Source: Pseudogymnoascus verrucosus
Taxonomy: Eukaryota
Reading direction: 5' to 3' (one strand)
DNA: 64,000 nt
Assembly: GCA_001662655.1 (NCBI GenBank)
Contig: KV460242.1
The notes under the pieces are model-generated. The model was not told the DNA's origin. It saw nothing but the letters and a program-made list of their open reading frames with translations, and searched no databases. Below, one piece after another: positions 35,918 to 48,900 of the stretch; positions within the stretch are counted from its first letter, which is position 1; every line of letters starts with the position of its first letter. The position numbers and the translations under genes are program-made.

Positions 35918-36664
35918 TTACACCACATGGATGTACTTGTATGGCTTAGCAGTGAAGCTACCATCCTTCCATCCAACATTGCGCTTGTAAGCAACGCATC
36001 CGTAAGCAGTACCACGGCACTCAAGGGTGTTATACGCCTTCTTAGTGCTATCAGTCCACGACAAGAACAGCGTAACGTGGCCACCAGAGCCACCAGTTCC
36101 AGGACCAAGAGTCCCCACAAAGTCTCCGGGCTGGAGATCCTTCCAAGCGATCTGCGTCCCGATTCTCGGGAGTTCAACAGTAGAGTATCCCGGAGCCGAA
36201 GCATGGAGAGCCATCGCCACGAAGCCCGAGCAGTCGGTGCGGTAGCTGGTACCCTTCGGGTCTGGGTAGTACCCCTTCATGGAGTACGAGACGTGGCGAT
36301 CGATCCAGTACTTTCCACGGGCGATAATTTCCTTGCGAGTGATCTTGCCGTTCATGGAGGAGTCGCCAGTTCCGCCGGTCTTGCACTCGGTGTTGACAAC
36401 CCTGCCGGTGGTGCCGGTTTTCACATAGTAGTCCGCGACGTAGCAGCCATCGGCTGTTTTGTCCCAGAGGTTGTCACCTTTGACGGTTTCGCCGACGGTT
36501 TGGCAGGTTACTTTGACATCGTGGCCTTTGGCGTAGGTCTTGATGACTTTGTAGCTTGTTGCGGGGCCGGAGCGGCAGTTGACGGAGTCGCCGCTGATGG
36601 GGTAGGCGCTGATGAGGGGGGTGATGAGAGCGACGGAGAGGGATAGGATTGAGGAGAAATGCAT
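35918..36664 (-). CDS. Secreted SH3b-like + NlpC/P60-type cysteine peptidase (putative peptidoglycan hydrolase)
   Basis: Signal peptide MHFSSILSLSVALITPLISA; VNCRSGPATSY...VTCQT...WDKTADGCYVADYYVKTG; catalytic YRTDCSGFV, LQPGD, GHVTLF; intronless. Confidence 0.85.
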   Translation of the reverse strand: MHFSSILSLSVALITPLISAYPISGDSVNCRSGPATSYKVIKTYAKGHDVKVTCQTVGETVKGDNLWDKTADGCYVADYYVKTGTTGRVVNTECKTGGTGDSSMNGKITRKEIIARGKYWIDRHVSYSMKGYYPDPKGTSYRTDCSGFVAMALHASAPGYSTVELPRIGTQIAWKDLQPGDFVGTLGPGTGGSGGHVTLFLSWTDSTKKAYNTLECRGTAYGCVAYKRNVGWKDGSFTAKPYKYIHVV

Positions 36665-36840
36665 GATTGTAGATGGGACGTAATGGAGGGTAACTGCGTA
36701 TGTGATAATGTGGTGTAATTATATGTGTGGAGAGTTGCGTATGGTTTCGATTCCTCTTTGCTGGGTGCTCTGGATGATACTCTGAGATATCCGGGCAGGA
36801 ACGAGAGATTTCCAGACATGTTTATACTCGTGGACGGAGG

Positions 36841-36941
36841 AAATATCAACATGCTTATTATTCTCATGAGCATCACAATTTACATGTGGAACGGCGTAAA
36901 TATCAAAATGCTTATTATTTTCCCCTGATATCACAATTTAC
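36841..36941. repeat. Imperfect tandem duplication with 57-bp period upstream of the NlpC/P60 gene
   Basis: aaatatcaamatgcttattattytc...atcacaatttac at 36841 and 36898. Confidence 0.75.
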
Positions 36942-37651
36942 GGGAGACGTTTCATGGATTTTAAGTTGTGTTAGCCTTAAAGTCTATAGTTGGATCTCAG
37001 TGCGCCTTGGTATGCCTTACCTGTGCACCAGCCACATCTAAAGCGGTAAGGTGGCAGGCAGACTCAGAACTGTAATATGTACGGGGGGGGCGATCATCAA
37101 CTTCTAAGTGGTCGCCAGTTGGCGATCGGTTTCTTACGACCTTCCGTTCATAGAAAGCTTATTACCCAAAATGAGGGACTGTAATACGGTTCTCATAATT
37201 AAACAACTGTAATTCCTCGAGCAGCTATGAGTCTGCCACGTTTTAATTTTAGATTTAGTTGATGGGCTGACAAGGTGGCTGAGTTGTGCATATGTGCATA
37301 ATACCATCCAAGTTCCGAAAGTAGGAGGCGCTCGGCCCAACTGGATTTGTGCACAGTTATAGCATGAACCGTAGTGACCGAGATATCTTACGGATAACAT
37401 CGTTGACGCGTTTACCAATAACCTCACAATGAGAGCGCAAGTCCAATATGTTGGCCCATGATTCCTAATGGATTGCTATCAACGTGCAGAATAGTAACTA
37501 TTCAGCCAGTAAAAAACTATAATACCTCGCATGAGTCATCCGCATGAAGTCGATTGAAGTTGGGGCGCAGCACAGTGAACTTGAACATATATAATTCAAG
37601 AGTATGCGCATCTAAGATCACTCCACATATAAGTTGGCCACGGCAACGATA

Positions 37652-39304
37652 ATGGAGGACGTGAATGCGGGAGATGTGGCGTACAAAGAGTACCCGCGCG
37701 ACAAAACGCCGCCGCTCAACATCCTCCATCTCCCCCTCGATATCCTCTATATAATTTTCGCCCACCTCAACGAAGAAAGGCTCTACATTAAATATTGCGT
37801 CGCCCGCGAAGACACCGACACCAAAACCATCCAGAATGCACGTCTCGTATGCAGTCTCTTTAACAGACTTGCATCGCCGCTCCTCTGCCCAGTTGTCACG
37901 GTAGAACTAAACCAGACATCCCTTAACCTCGTTGATGAAATTTCAAGGAGCCCGCTCATAGCATCAGGCGTCCGCACCATCCATGTCGGGCTCCTTTATC
38001 GCCCAAAGGGAGTTGCAGAGAGTCTGCAATTCTTCAAAAACTGGCGGGGGGGGGACATAGATGCCCTGCTGATTCAATGCGGGAACAGAGCTTTCGAGAG
38101 CCGTGGTGACCTGTATGATGAGGAGAAGGTGACGCTGTATACCAAGGCCGTGGCGGATTGCGGTGCAATCATCTCAGCCTGGGACAAATATTCCGTCTCG
38201 CCCGCCGATGGAGCTCCGATAGATGCAGAAAGTCTCAGGTATCAGGAGATCCTCCTACAAGGCTACGAAGAGTATCTGCAGAAGCAGGAGGAGCAGTATA
38301 GACTAATTACAGACGGGTCTTTCGTCAACACCCTCGCGTCAGCGATGGCCCGGATGGGAAACTGTGCTTATGTACACTTCCACGATCGAATTACCTTCAA
38401 CGATTCCTACACACCTCCGAAAGACCCAGCACTCATATCAACCGACCCTTCAGAGCTCCTAAGATTCCTAGCAGCCCCAGTTGACTGGCGAGAAATCGAG
38501 GAGATGGACGACAGCACAGCCCTCACCCCCGCGAGGATCCTCTCCGAGCTCCCCATCGCCATCCACAAAGCCGGCGCCGCCGTCTCCGCAATAACACTCC
38601 ACTGCTTCCCCACCACAAACAACTACCCCATGATCTGTCCCGACCCCCGTGGCCCAAACAAGTTCTCCTGGCCCGATCTCCGCGCCGCATGCCAGCACCT
38701 CGCCGAATTCGACTTACAATGGGAGGACCAACCGCTGCGCTATCGCCACCTCCTGTATAAAGAACAAGTCCCCATCGACAATTATCTCTACGCGATGCTA
38801 TCAGGTCAGGCCATGGAAATCGTAAACATGAGTTTCGAAAACTTCGTAGTCAACGACGGCGACAAAAATGAGATCAAAGGCCTATATCACATCGGTACCG
38901 TCCTCGCCGCCATCAACTGGCCGCGCATCAAAGAGCTCCGCCTCTCGTACGTCTCCTTCCACCAGCGCGAAATAGAGGCTTTTTTCCGCGGGCTAGACGG
39001 TGCAGGGATGGAGTTCGTGAGTATTCACGATGTGGAGTTGCTGAGTGGGAGCTGGGCGGGGGCGCTTGATATTCTGCGCGAGAAGGTGGCGGGGAGGTGC
39101 TTGGATGGGAAGTGTGAGGTTATGTTTGATGAGTTTGCCGGGGGGGGGTTTGGGAAGAGGGGGTCGCAGAAGTGGAAGCGGTGTGCTTGGGGTGAGGAGA
39201 GTGGTGGGGATGAGGACGGGGAGACGTCGATTTTTGACCTGGCGGATAGTTATGTCTCTGGTGTTGGATCGGATAACCCGCTGAGCGGATTAATGGTGCT
39301 ATGA
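37652..39304 (+). CDS. F-box-like protein of unknown function
   Basis: N-terminal ILHLPLDILYIIFAHL...TIQNARLVCSLFNRLASPLL; intronless ~550 aa with LRR-like C-terminal segments (WPRIKELRLSYV). Confidence 0.75.
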   Translation: MEDVNAGDVAYKEYPRDKTPPLNILHLPLDILYIIFAHLNEERLYIKYCVAREDTDTKTIQNARLVCSLFNRLASPLLCPVVTVELNQTSLNLVDEISRSPLIASGVRTIHVGLLYRPKGVAESLQFFKNWRGGDIDALLIQCGNRAFESRGDLYDEEKVTLYTKAVADCGAIISAWDKYSVSPADGAPIDAESLRYQEILLQGYEEYLQKQEEQYRLITDGSFVNTLASAMARMGNCAYVHFHDRITFNDSYTPPKDPALISTDPSELLRFLAAPVDWREIEEMDDSTALTPARILSELPIAIHKAGAAVSAITLHCFPTTNNYPMICPDPRGPNKFSWPDLRAACQHLAEFDLQWEDQPLRYRHLLYKEQVPIDNYLYAMLSGQAMEIVNMSFENFVVNDGDKNEIKGLYHIGTVLAAINWPRIKELRLSYVSFHQREIEAFFRGLDGAGMEFVSIHDVELLSGSWAGALDILREKVAGRCLDGKCEVMFDEFAGGGFGKRGSQKWKRCAWGEESGGDEDGETSIFDLADSYVSGVGSDNPLSGLMVL

Positions 39305-40120
39305 TTAGCGGGTGGAGTTGGTAGTGGAGGGTTAGGAGGTTGAGATGTTAAGAGAAGTACAATAGCTTTCGGATTACGAAGTGTCCCCCCCCCCCCTGCC
39401 CCCCGCCACCTCTTAATTCGATATCAGGGGCGTGTTAGAGGGATGAAGGGGTGGTTGATGGGTATGTGCTCTCACGCCTTCTGTTAGTCTGCTTTGTTTG
39501 CATTATATAGCATTCTGACAAGAGATGGAACGAACAGGCGTGGTAGATTTTGAAATTGGGCTTTTTACGGGCGCTTTCGAGAGGGAAATGGTTCTGAGAC
39601 ATGATGCCATCAGCTCAAGGCGACCATGGGAAGGATGCAATAATTCCAGCACGCCTGGCAGGGCCTAACAGCAACTGCACTCCACAATCGCATGAAAATT
39701 ACATACCATCACCCCTTCCCCCCTTAATTCAATCTTCAAACTCTTCAACATCTTCATACTTTATATTGTACATACATAGATACACCCCCTCTCACCCCCT
39801 CCTTTCCCCTTCCTTCTCCACCTCCGCGCGACAGTATTAAAAAAAATTCACAAAAAATCACCAGCTCCCACCTCCCCTTTTCCAAAAAAGAATGCACGCA
39901 AAATCCATTTCCCCTCCCTTTGTCCCCCAAAAAATCAAAATAGCAAATTAACAACAAAAAGCAAACGCGAAGAGAGATTACAACAAGATAGCGTACGTAG
40001 TTTATTCCACAAAGGGGTTAGAGGGGGGTTTGAAGAAGGTCGTTTTCGTCGCGTTATTGCTTGCATCCCCTTCTTTCCTCCTCTCTACCACAAACACACC
40101 CGAATCGGCGTGCGAGGTTC

Positions 40121-43100
40121 TCAAAGTTGACTCGACAACAGCGCCTCAGTAGCTATCCATCAATTAGCAACCGCCCAACAAACACACGCATCACAACCAC
40201 CAGGGGAAGAAGAACATACCACTATTAATATACGCCCTCCTCGCCTCCAACCCAACCCCAAACCTCCGCTCCAACTCCGCCTTAACACTCTTCTTACTAA
40301 CACTCATCAAGTCGCTCGTAGCAAGCACATCCCTAATCTCCGCCAACAGCGCGTCATCGCTCGGCAACCCCGCCAGGTCAGCCATTTCCACCTCCCCCCC
40401 ACCCCCGTAGGTGGACATGCGTCCGTCGCCCATCCCCGCCATAGATCCGCGGTAGGGGTTCGCGCTGCCGAATTGACCTGCGGCGCCACCGGCGGCGGAC
40501 ATAGGACGACTTGGTGGCATGGCGCCGAATTCCGAGGCTGGGGCACCGTAGGGGTGGAAAGATTTAGTAGCGTAACTGTACCCCGAGACCTCGGATCTAT
40601 CATCGCGGACAGTCTGCGCATCCCAAAGCTCAGCCTGATACTCCTCCCACCTCTTCTTCGGGATAGCGGAGGGATCAAAAACGCCCTCATCAGTGATGAC
40701 GACTTTCCTCCCCTTCTCACCAGTAACGACACGGGTGTTACCCCATGAGAAATCGTCCATGTGCCAGAATGAGTAGAGCGGGAGGGCGAAGGAGAAAACG
40801 GGGATTGCGACGATGTAGAGGATCATCCAGCCGATCATCTCCCATTTGCGGCGGAGGATGAAGATGATTGCTTGCAGACCGTAGATGGCTCCTAACAGAA
40901 TGAAGGCGGTGATGGGGATGACGTCGGGGTTGGAGACGACCATGTAGATTAGATACGCGATGTACGCCAGAGTGACGGGTTGCACGACAGTGGAGAGGAG
41001 ATCGATGAACACGACGAAGCGCATGCTGAAGCAGCAGAATCCGCAGAGTTCGTTCATGGGCGCCAGTTCGAGGAGGTTGTGGACTGTGGAGTTGATCCAG
41101 CGACGACGTTGGGATAGGAAGATCTTCCAGTCATCGGGGGCGACGGTCCAGGCGTGCGCGTCGAAGATGTATTTGGTCTTATACTTAGAATGATATTTCA
41201 GGAGGAGGGTGGTGAGGTATCTGTCTTCTCCCAGATGGAGGAGGTTCTTCATATGCAAAGTGTCGACGCGGATATTAGCGTACGCTTCAATAACCTCTCT
41301 AGACACGAAGAGCGGCTTCCCGGAGTCGGCGGCGCGGATGCGGTACATGGTGAAACAACCAGGCAAACAAGTGACGCTGCCAAAGAGGGACTCGAAGGCT
41401 TTGGAGAGGTTGTGGGAGATGTAGTATTCGTAGACCTGGATCATAGTGATGAATGTCGCTTTGGCGTTGGCGATGGCCGTCTCGCCGCAGACACCGATGA
41501 GGCGCGTATCATCCAAGAAGGCGGAGACCATGCGACTCCCCGAGTCGGGGGCAACGACGGTATCAGCATCAATCTGGAGCATGAACTCGTAGAAAGTCGG
41601 GTTAACACCGATGATATTGCGGATCTGGTGGTACATCTCCAACTCCAGCGGGTTCATAGGAGCATTATAATGCACGCGATTAAGGAAACGCATCATCAGC
41701 ATCTGAGAATCACGCTTTCCTCTGTTACCCGGTCTCGACACCTCAGAGGGTTTACCAATCTTGACGAGCACGAGGAAAGGCACGATGTGGCCCTGGACTT
41801 CGTACAGACCGGAGTAGCATTTGCCCATATTGTGCTGCTTGGCGCCTTCGCCGAGGGATTCGAAGGAGAGGGGTTCAGGGTCGACGGTCTCGTCAACGCC
41901 GAGGATGTCGAGGACGATGCGGGGGGTGGGCTTGTCGTTTCCTTGGCCGATAATCATACCATCGCAGACAATGACGAGGAGTTTCCTCTTATCATCATAC
42001 TTCATGCGCGCCACGGAATCGATAGCACGGCGGAGGGACTCCTCATCTTCCGTATACGCCGGGACCTGGCAGATGATGAACTTATCCAGGTTCTCGGGCA
42101 CATTCTTAGTGCCAAACTGCAGCGCAGCCAGGAACTTGAAGACGATGACACTGCACAGGATGATCGTGATAGCGAGGATCAGATACGACGCGAACTGGCA
42201 CTTGACCGAGTTACGCGTATCCAGATCCCCGACGTAAAACAGATTATTCATACACAGCAACATCCGCGACTTCAGCTCCGTAGACAAAGCAAGCGCCTCC
42301 CACTGCTTCGACACGTCCTCCCCGGCGCGCTGCTCGAACAGGCTGACAACCAGCGGCTCCATAAACTGCTTCGCGGCCGCCTGGTCGGTGGGGAGGGGGT
42401 TACTCCCGATCTGCTCCAGCTTCTGGCCGCCTTGGAGATACTTCGTGAAATCGTAGATGCGCCCGTTCAATATGGCGATCTGCTGTTTCTGCCCGAGCGT
42501 CGCGACGTACTTGGACGTGTACCCGAGGTTCCCCTTGAAGTACCCAGCGCGCAGCATACGAACCTGCTGCGCCAGCCAGTCCGGGCGCGGATCGTCCGTG
42601 AACAGGCGGAAATCGTGGTACTGTCTATTCGGATCCGCGGCACCGATCTGATTCGCCGAGCCCGTGATATTCGTAGGCGTGAAATCGAGCTGGACGGAGC
42701 CGTCGATGGGTCCGTCTTTGCCTTCGCACAGGGCGGAGACTTGGACGGGGAAGAGGGAGGTGGCGTCTAGACCGGCGTAGGCGAGGACGTCTTTAGAGTC
42801 GACTAGGTTGGGGATGTGGCGCGTGGCGAAGGAGTTGAGGTCGAATACCATACCCCTGATCGCGACGAATGCGCCAGGACTGCCAGACTTGCCGTTATAC
42901 GACGTCAATTCCGACGGGCTGTAGACGTGTTGGCGCGGGCAAATAAGCATGGGAAAGACGACGATGAAGAAGACGAAGAAGAGACAACTGAACCAAATCA
43001 TAAAGTTAATCGCCAGCTTCTCTCTCCACGCCATCCTCACATCCTTGCGCTTCATCCTTCCAATCCAGCGGATCAGGAAATCCGGAATGAACCACGTGAG

Positions 43101-45957
43101 GAGGTACACGAAGAAGACCCATCTCTTTCGGCTCCCGCTCGTCTTCACCTCCTCCACCTCCACCATCGTCTTCTCGTTCCCGCGCTCCGCCATCTGCTGC
43201 CGCGTATCCATGTCGCGGAACATATCCCCCTTTCCGAACACAGACACCCCAGCCTCGGAGCGCGTATCCGACGCGCCGAAGTAGCCTGCGGGCGACCCGC
43301 CACGGCCAGAGATCAAGGGCAGGCCTTCGCGCGAATTGCTGTAGCTGCCGTGTGGATCACCCGGGGACAGGCCATCAACGCCATCATCGCTGTTGACGTA
43401 CCGACCACCAAGACTCTCTCTCAGATTCGCGATGGAGAGCCAACACCTCTCACTAAGGAAGATCCCCGTGCTCCCCACCAACGCCTCATTACTCGGCCAT
43501 CTCCTTGCATCAACCACCATCTCGACCTTCTCCTTCTCGCTGCCTACGAGGATCTGCTCCGACTCCGCGAGAGCAACGAACTCGCCGAAGGGGAGGAAGA
43601 TGCTGAAATCCGCGTTGCGGAGACGCTGGCTGATCTCGGCTATGCCAAAGGTCTGCAGCTGGGTTCGCACACACTTACTGTCGAATTGGTTGGCGATGCG
43701 GCGGTCGTTGGGCTTGAGACACATGATGAAGTAGGAGTTTGTGTTTGGAGCGGAGAGGGATTTGGTGACATTGTCGATGGAGCTTAGGAACTGGGCCGCG
43801 GCGCCCTGCTGGGATTGGTCTTTGTCGTTGCGCCCCTTCTTTCCACCCTTGGTCTTCGATTTCTCGCCGATGTCGCCGCCTTCATCAGCAGCGACGTCGT
43901 CGTCGTCCTCAGCGCCGAATTTCATGGTCAGTTTCGGGGTGCGGCCCTTGCGCATGACGCTGGGCTTGCGGAGGGGTTTGGAGGAGACCTGTGCTTGCAT
44001 GATCGTCGTCTTCTCCTGGGGATGAACGACCGTCTGCAGAGCCTCCTGTCCAAAGAGCTGGCCTACGAAATCGCTCTTAGTAGAACTGATCAGGTTCATC
44101 AGATCACCCGAGATGATCTCGCCATTCGCCTCCACGAGGCCAGCGACGGGGTACTCGACCTCGCCCGCGAAATGCTTGACCGTGAACGACGCCGCGGTGT
44201 TGAAGCTGGCGAAGTTGGAGCCCGGCAGCTTGGCCGTCGCGCTACCGACTGAGATGGCGGGGTTCTTACCCTCGAAGCGGCGGCGCAGACTCTCGAGGAG
44301 TTGGATATCTGTGCGGTTCTTGCGGGTCTGGTCGTCGAGGATGCTGAGGAGGCCGTTTCCTGGCTTGAGGAGTCCCGTGACGGCATCGGAGTTATCGAAA
44401 TAGGACGTCGCTGCGACGTTGACTTCTTCCTGCTCGAGGATCTCGGCCTTGCGCTCGAAGAAGTTGTGGAGAGAGAAGTTATACAACGATTCCGCTGCGG
44501 CATTATTGAGCAACTGATCCAGATGCGAGTTCGACGATGACTGCTGCGCGAAACCCGGGAAATCGACAATGGAGATGGTATTCGTGACCGCCTCCTCCAC
44601 AGCACACAGCCTCTGGTTGATATTCTCAATCAACAGCGCCACGAGCAGGGAATACAGCGTTCTCGCCAACTCATCCGCATTCTCCCTCGCGCCCTTGGGA
44701 TCAAGCATGATAGTAACTCTCTCCCGACTGAGGATCTTCGTCTTATACCCCAACGTCGTCTGCAGGTCCGCAGCGCTCACCTGCAGGAACGCCGCGATGA
44801 TGGCGAGGGTATCCTTGTTCTTGACGACGGTGGAGCTCTGGCCGCCTTCGTGGGAGTAGCCACCGCTGTCATCGCCTGTGGCGGCCGTGTCGTCCGCGGT
44901 CTCGAACTCGAGCTGCCCGATGTGCAGGATTGCTGCGAGGACTTGGCAGACCTCTGCGATGACGCTGCGGGGGAACTCGAGCTTGCGCAGGGCAGTCTTG
45001 AACAGCGTGAAGCCCTCCGCGTCGTTGATCCCCGCCTTGAGCTGGGTAGGGTGTCCGAGGTATCTCCATCGCTTCTGCGCGCCCTGGTTAGACTCGAGCA
45101 CGCCGCCGTGGCTATCGTCAAGACCCAAATGGGCTTTCTCAGCGCCGCTGGTGCCAGCGAGGAGGTAGTATAGGACATGGAAGTTGCGCTCTCCCGTTGG
45201 CACTGAAGCAACGCGTGTGCGTTCCAGTCGGTGATCGAGCAGTTTTCCACCGATCAGGCTGGGGTTTGTAGCGCCGGCGGTTTCGTACTGGAGTTCGAAG
45301 AAGAGGCCGGCCTTGGAGGCGGTGGGGGTGGTAGCTGTTTTTGTGGTGGTGAGGGTGTCGAAGACGTATGCGGCGAGGGATAGTTTCTGAGAGAGCGGGG
45401 TGGCCGATTTCGCCAGAACAGCAGAGAGGAGATGTGAGCGTAGAGTCGTCTTTCCTGATCCCGATTCACCCCTAGACAGATAAAAAGTTAGCCAGATGTC
45501 CGTATATCTCATGTATCCCCAATCCCAAATGTCCCATGGTTTTCCTTCCCCCCGTGCCCTCCGCATCCCCAAAACTCCCACCCGCAACAAATCCCACAAC
45601 AGCCAAACACAAAAAAAGCACCCAAAAAAAAAGAGAAAAGGAAGCCACCTACAAAAACACCACCGCCTGATTCTCCGACCTAGCACCCAACCTCAAATAC
45701 GCCCTCTCGGCCACATCCTCCGCCCCCGCCATCGCGCTCCCCTCCCTCCCCCCCCCCGGCCCCTTCGTGCTCCCCGCATACGTATTGAGACTCAGCAATG
45801 CATGACTACTGAGCTGCGCTGTCGGGAGCGAGACGTGGAATCTGCTCGCCAGGTGCGCGGTGAGGTGCGTGTCGGATTGGAGGTGGGCGGGGAGAGAGGG
45901 GAGGGATGTTTGGGAGTGGGCGCCGGAGGGGGGGGCGAGGGTGGTGGGTTGGGCCAT
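40121..45957 (-). CDS. csmA: Class V chitin synthase with N-terminal myosin motor domain (CsmA/ChsV type)
   Basis: P-loop [18 protein letters not shown], cytochrome-b5-like region, QIDADT, LGEDRYL, QRRRW, DEK_C-type C-terminus; introns 45472-45652 and near 40153-40220; last exon ends EALLSSQL*. Confidence 0.95.
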
Positions 45958-48900
45958 GGTGATGGGGGTTGTGGTGGTTGTGCCCGTGGGCGTGGCCCGG
46001 TGGGCGAGTGGTGGTGGGAGGTGTAGTTATGAGGGTGTTCGTGGGAGGGTTCGTGTGTGGTTTTCGAGGGTGATTGATGTTATTATGAGGATTTCGAAGG
46101 GTCGTCTGGGAGGTGTTTTTCGAGAGAGTGAGCGGGAGCTGTTTGTAGAAGACCCAGGGGGCGCTGGCGTGGGGAAGAAGAGCTGAGCTGAAGCTAAATT
46201 CCAAAGCAGAAAAGCGAGTGTGTTATGTCGTCTCTCGAGCGAGCGACACGGACAAACGAACGCTAAAAGAGAAAGAGAGAGACGGGGCGTGCGTCTCAGA
46301 AGGAAAGGGAGGGAGACATTAGGAGGATGTCTGTGAGGATTGTTGGAAGATGAGGTTATTGATGGGAGGGAGGTAGGTGGTTGTGGTGGTCAGAAATGTA
46401 CGGTACTGTACGGTACGGATTTAGTAGTACTGTACTTGCTGTACTGTGGTGGATGTACACAGGTATATTTTCTGGCTTCTGGATCCGTGACAGGGGTGGG
46501 AATTTATTTACAGTATCGCGTAGGGAGGAGAGGATTGGCAGCAGTGGTGTAGTGTAGTGGGAGTATACAGTGGGTGGGTAGTGTAGTAAGGAGGTACTTG
46601 GGGGGAAAGTAGTGGGATAGTGGGAGTGGAAAGTATTGGTTTTATCGAATTTATGGGATTTGTGTTTTATGGTGTGTCGGAGTTAGGGGGATAGAGCGGC
46701 GAGGATTGGCTTGAGTGGGTTGTAGAGTGGAGGAGGGAGTGGTGGAGAGTGAAGAGAGGGTGTGTTTATGCATTGTTTATGCAGGAGGCAGCTGTGGGTT
46801 GTGGGACGGACGAACACGAAGAGAAAGACGAAACTGTAGGTGGAGTGTATATACTAGAGTACGGGATATAGTTGATTAATCTAGTTGGATATGCAAAGAT
46901 GTGTATGTATGCGTATATATACGCAGGAGAGTCGTCGTATTCCACAGTCAGTCAGTTAGTCAATCCATATCCATCATCCGTTCCCATCCTCTGTCTGTCT
47001 GTCCTGTGTGTATTATTTGTATCCTCGGATCTCCAGCTGAGCACACGTCAAGCTGTCTATTACTACTAGAGTTAGTAGTTTCTCTGTCTAGTTGTCTAGT
47101 TGGCAGGTACCTTGGCACCCATCTTTGGTAGGAAAGGTACAAGTCAGGAGTAAAAAAGGGCAAAAAGAGTCAAGTCCAGGCACAAGCACCACTAACATTC
47201 TCCTTTTCTCCAGTATAAATAACATCCACTAACAGGAAATAAAAGAGGTACAACCACACAAGTACAGCTAGAATCCCACAAGTACCATACCATTCATCTA
47301 CTATCCAACAACAATCCACCATCCTCTCCCTTCCTCTCTCCAGTCTCTTGTCAGCTTAATGTCAGCACCAACAACACTACTCCTAGCAATCTAGTACTAT
47401 TCTGGTCACAACTTCTCCTATTTCTAGTATACTATTCTGCTGTACTAGAGTAGGGCTACCATACACTCTACCAGCCACAACCACAAGACAAGACAAGACA
47501 AAGACAAGGACAAGATCCTATACCAAGATCCCAACGGTGTGGTGTGGGATGGAATAGTATGGTTGGCATGTGCTGGGCGATGATGATGGGCGATGGGCGA
47601 TGGTAGTGGTGGTGGCAGTTGTCCATCCATCCACTGATTGACCGGTGATCCCCTCCATCTACTCGTATCCCACCACATAGTACCACCACTACCACACCTC
47701 ACTACTCTATATTTATCCCCTCTATCCCGGCTGAGGCTGAGAGAGGGAAAGGAAGCTTTGATCGGCAGTGTCTCTTCTCTCATCGTTCTACGGTACAGTA
47801 CAACACTACGGTGACGTGTATGTGTATCGTATCCGGTACCAAAAGGTGTGTTGTTGTTTATTATTGTCTCTGCTGCTGTTGTCTCTCTCGCTGTCTCTCG
47901 TGTCATCTATAGGGATATCTACTGCATTAGATCTACGTATCGAGCAACAGAAGAGAGGCTGTCTGTCTCCAAGACAACTGGTTTTGTTGACGCGTGCGGG
48001 AATGTTGGCGAGACATGTCTTATTTTTTTGCTGGTGGTGGTGCCGGGAGCGTACAGTACAACGGAGGAGGGACGGAAGAACGGAAGGGAGGGAGGGAGGG
48101 CGTGTTGTTCTACGTACAGTCAAACGAGGGAGGTAGAGGAAGTACAGTAAGTAAGTACACTATCATCAACGCTGATATCATCTGTCTGTCTGTCTGTCTG
48201 TTATCCCCTTCCCCGATGCTGTATACCAACTCCTCCATCCTCCTCCACTGAATTTCCTCGTCTTACTCAGCTGCCCATCCATCCCTATACTCTGCATTGT
48301 TGTGCATACCGTAGTCTAGTCAAAAAATACTACCACGGATGTGGCTGTGGATGCCAAGGTATTGCTATTATTAGCCCCCCTTCCCTTGCCTGGAAAACTC
48401 AAAAATTCTCTTACCAACGCACAGAGCATGGGATGTATGTCGCCGCCTCAAGAGAGAAGGCGAGCCGGGTCCCGCGAGAGTCTAGATTGTATAGGGAGTA
48501 GAGTAGGGTGTGCTACTCTTGCTACTCTATATACTACTGTCATCTAGTCACATATCTCCACGGTATCCGCGGTTAAAGCGGCGACATATACCCCGTATAG
48601 CACCCAGCATTCTACAGTTCGTGACGGATCTGGTACACCAACTCTGCACCTGCTACTACTAATAGCTATTTTCGCCACTGCCACTGCCGTTGATACGGGT
48701 TTATGTGGGAGGGGGCGTATAGAGATGGGTAAAGATGGGCATAATACACACATAATATTGAGGATATATATTATTAGCAAGAGTGTTTGTCGATATAGAT
48801 TGATTGATTGATTGTACCAGACTATGAAAATATACTGTATCCATGGTACTCTCTCCGGACATCCCCCGTCCGTCACCTATCGTCCATCACTCAGGGGCGG

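Noticed and set aside
41154..43787. Long + strand ORFs (538 and 323 aa) antisense to csmA; likewise 51805-53847 antisense to csmB and 35927-36646 antisense to the NlpC/P60 gene
   Set aside because: Shadow ORFs expected from GC-rich codon bias on the opposite strand; no motifs.
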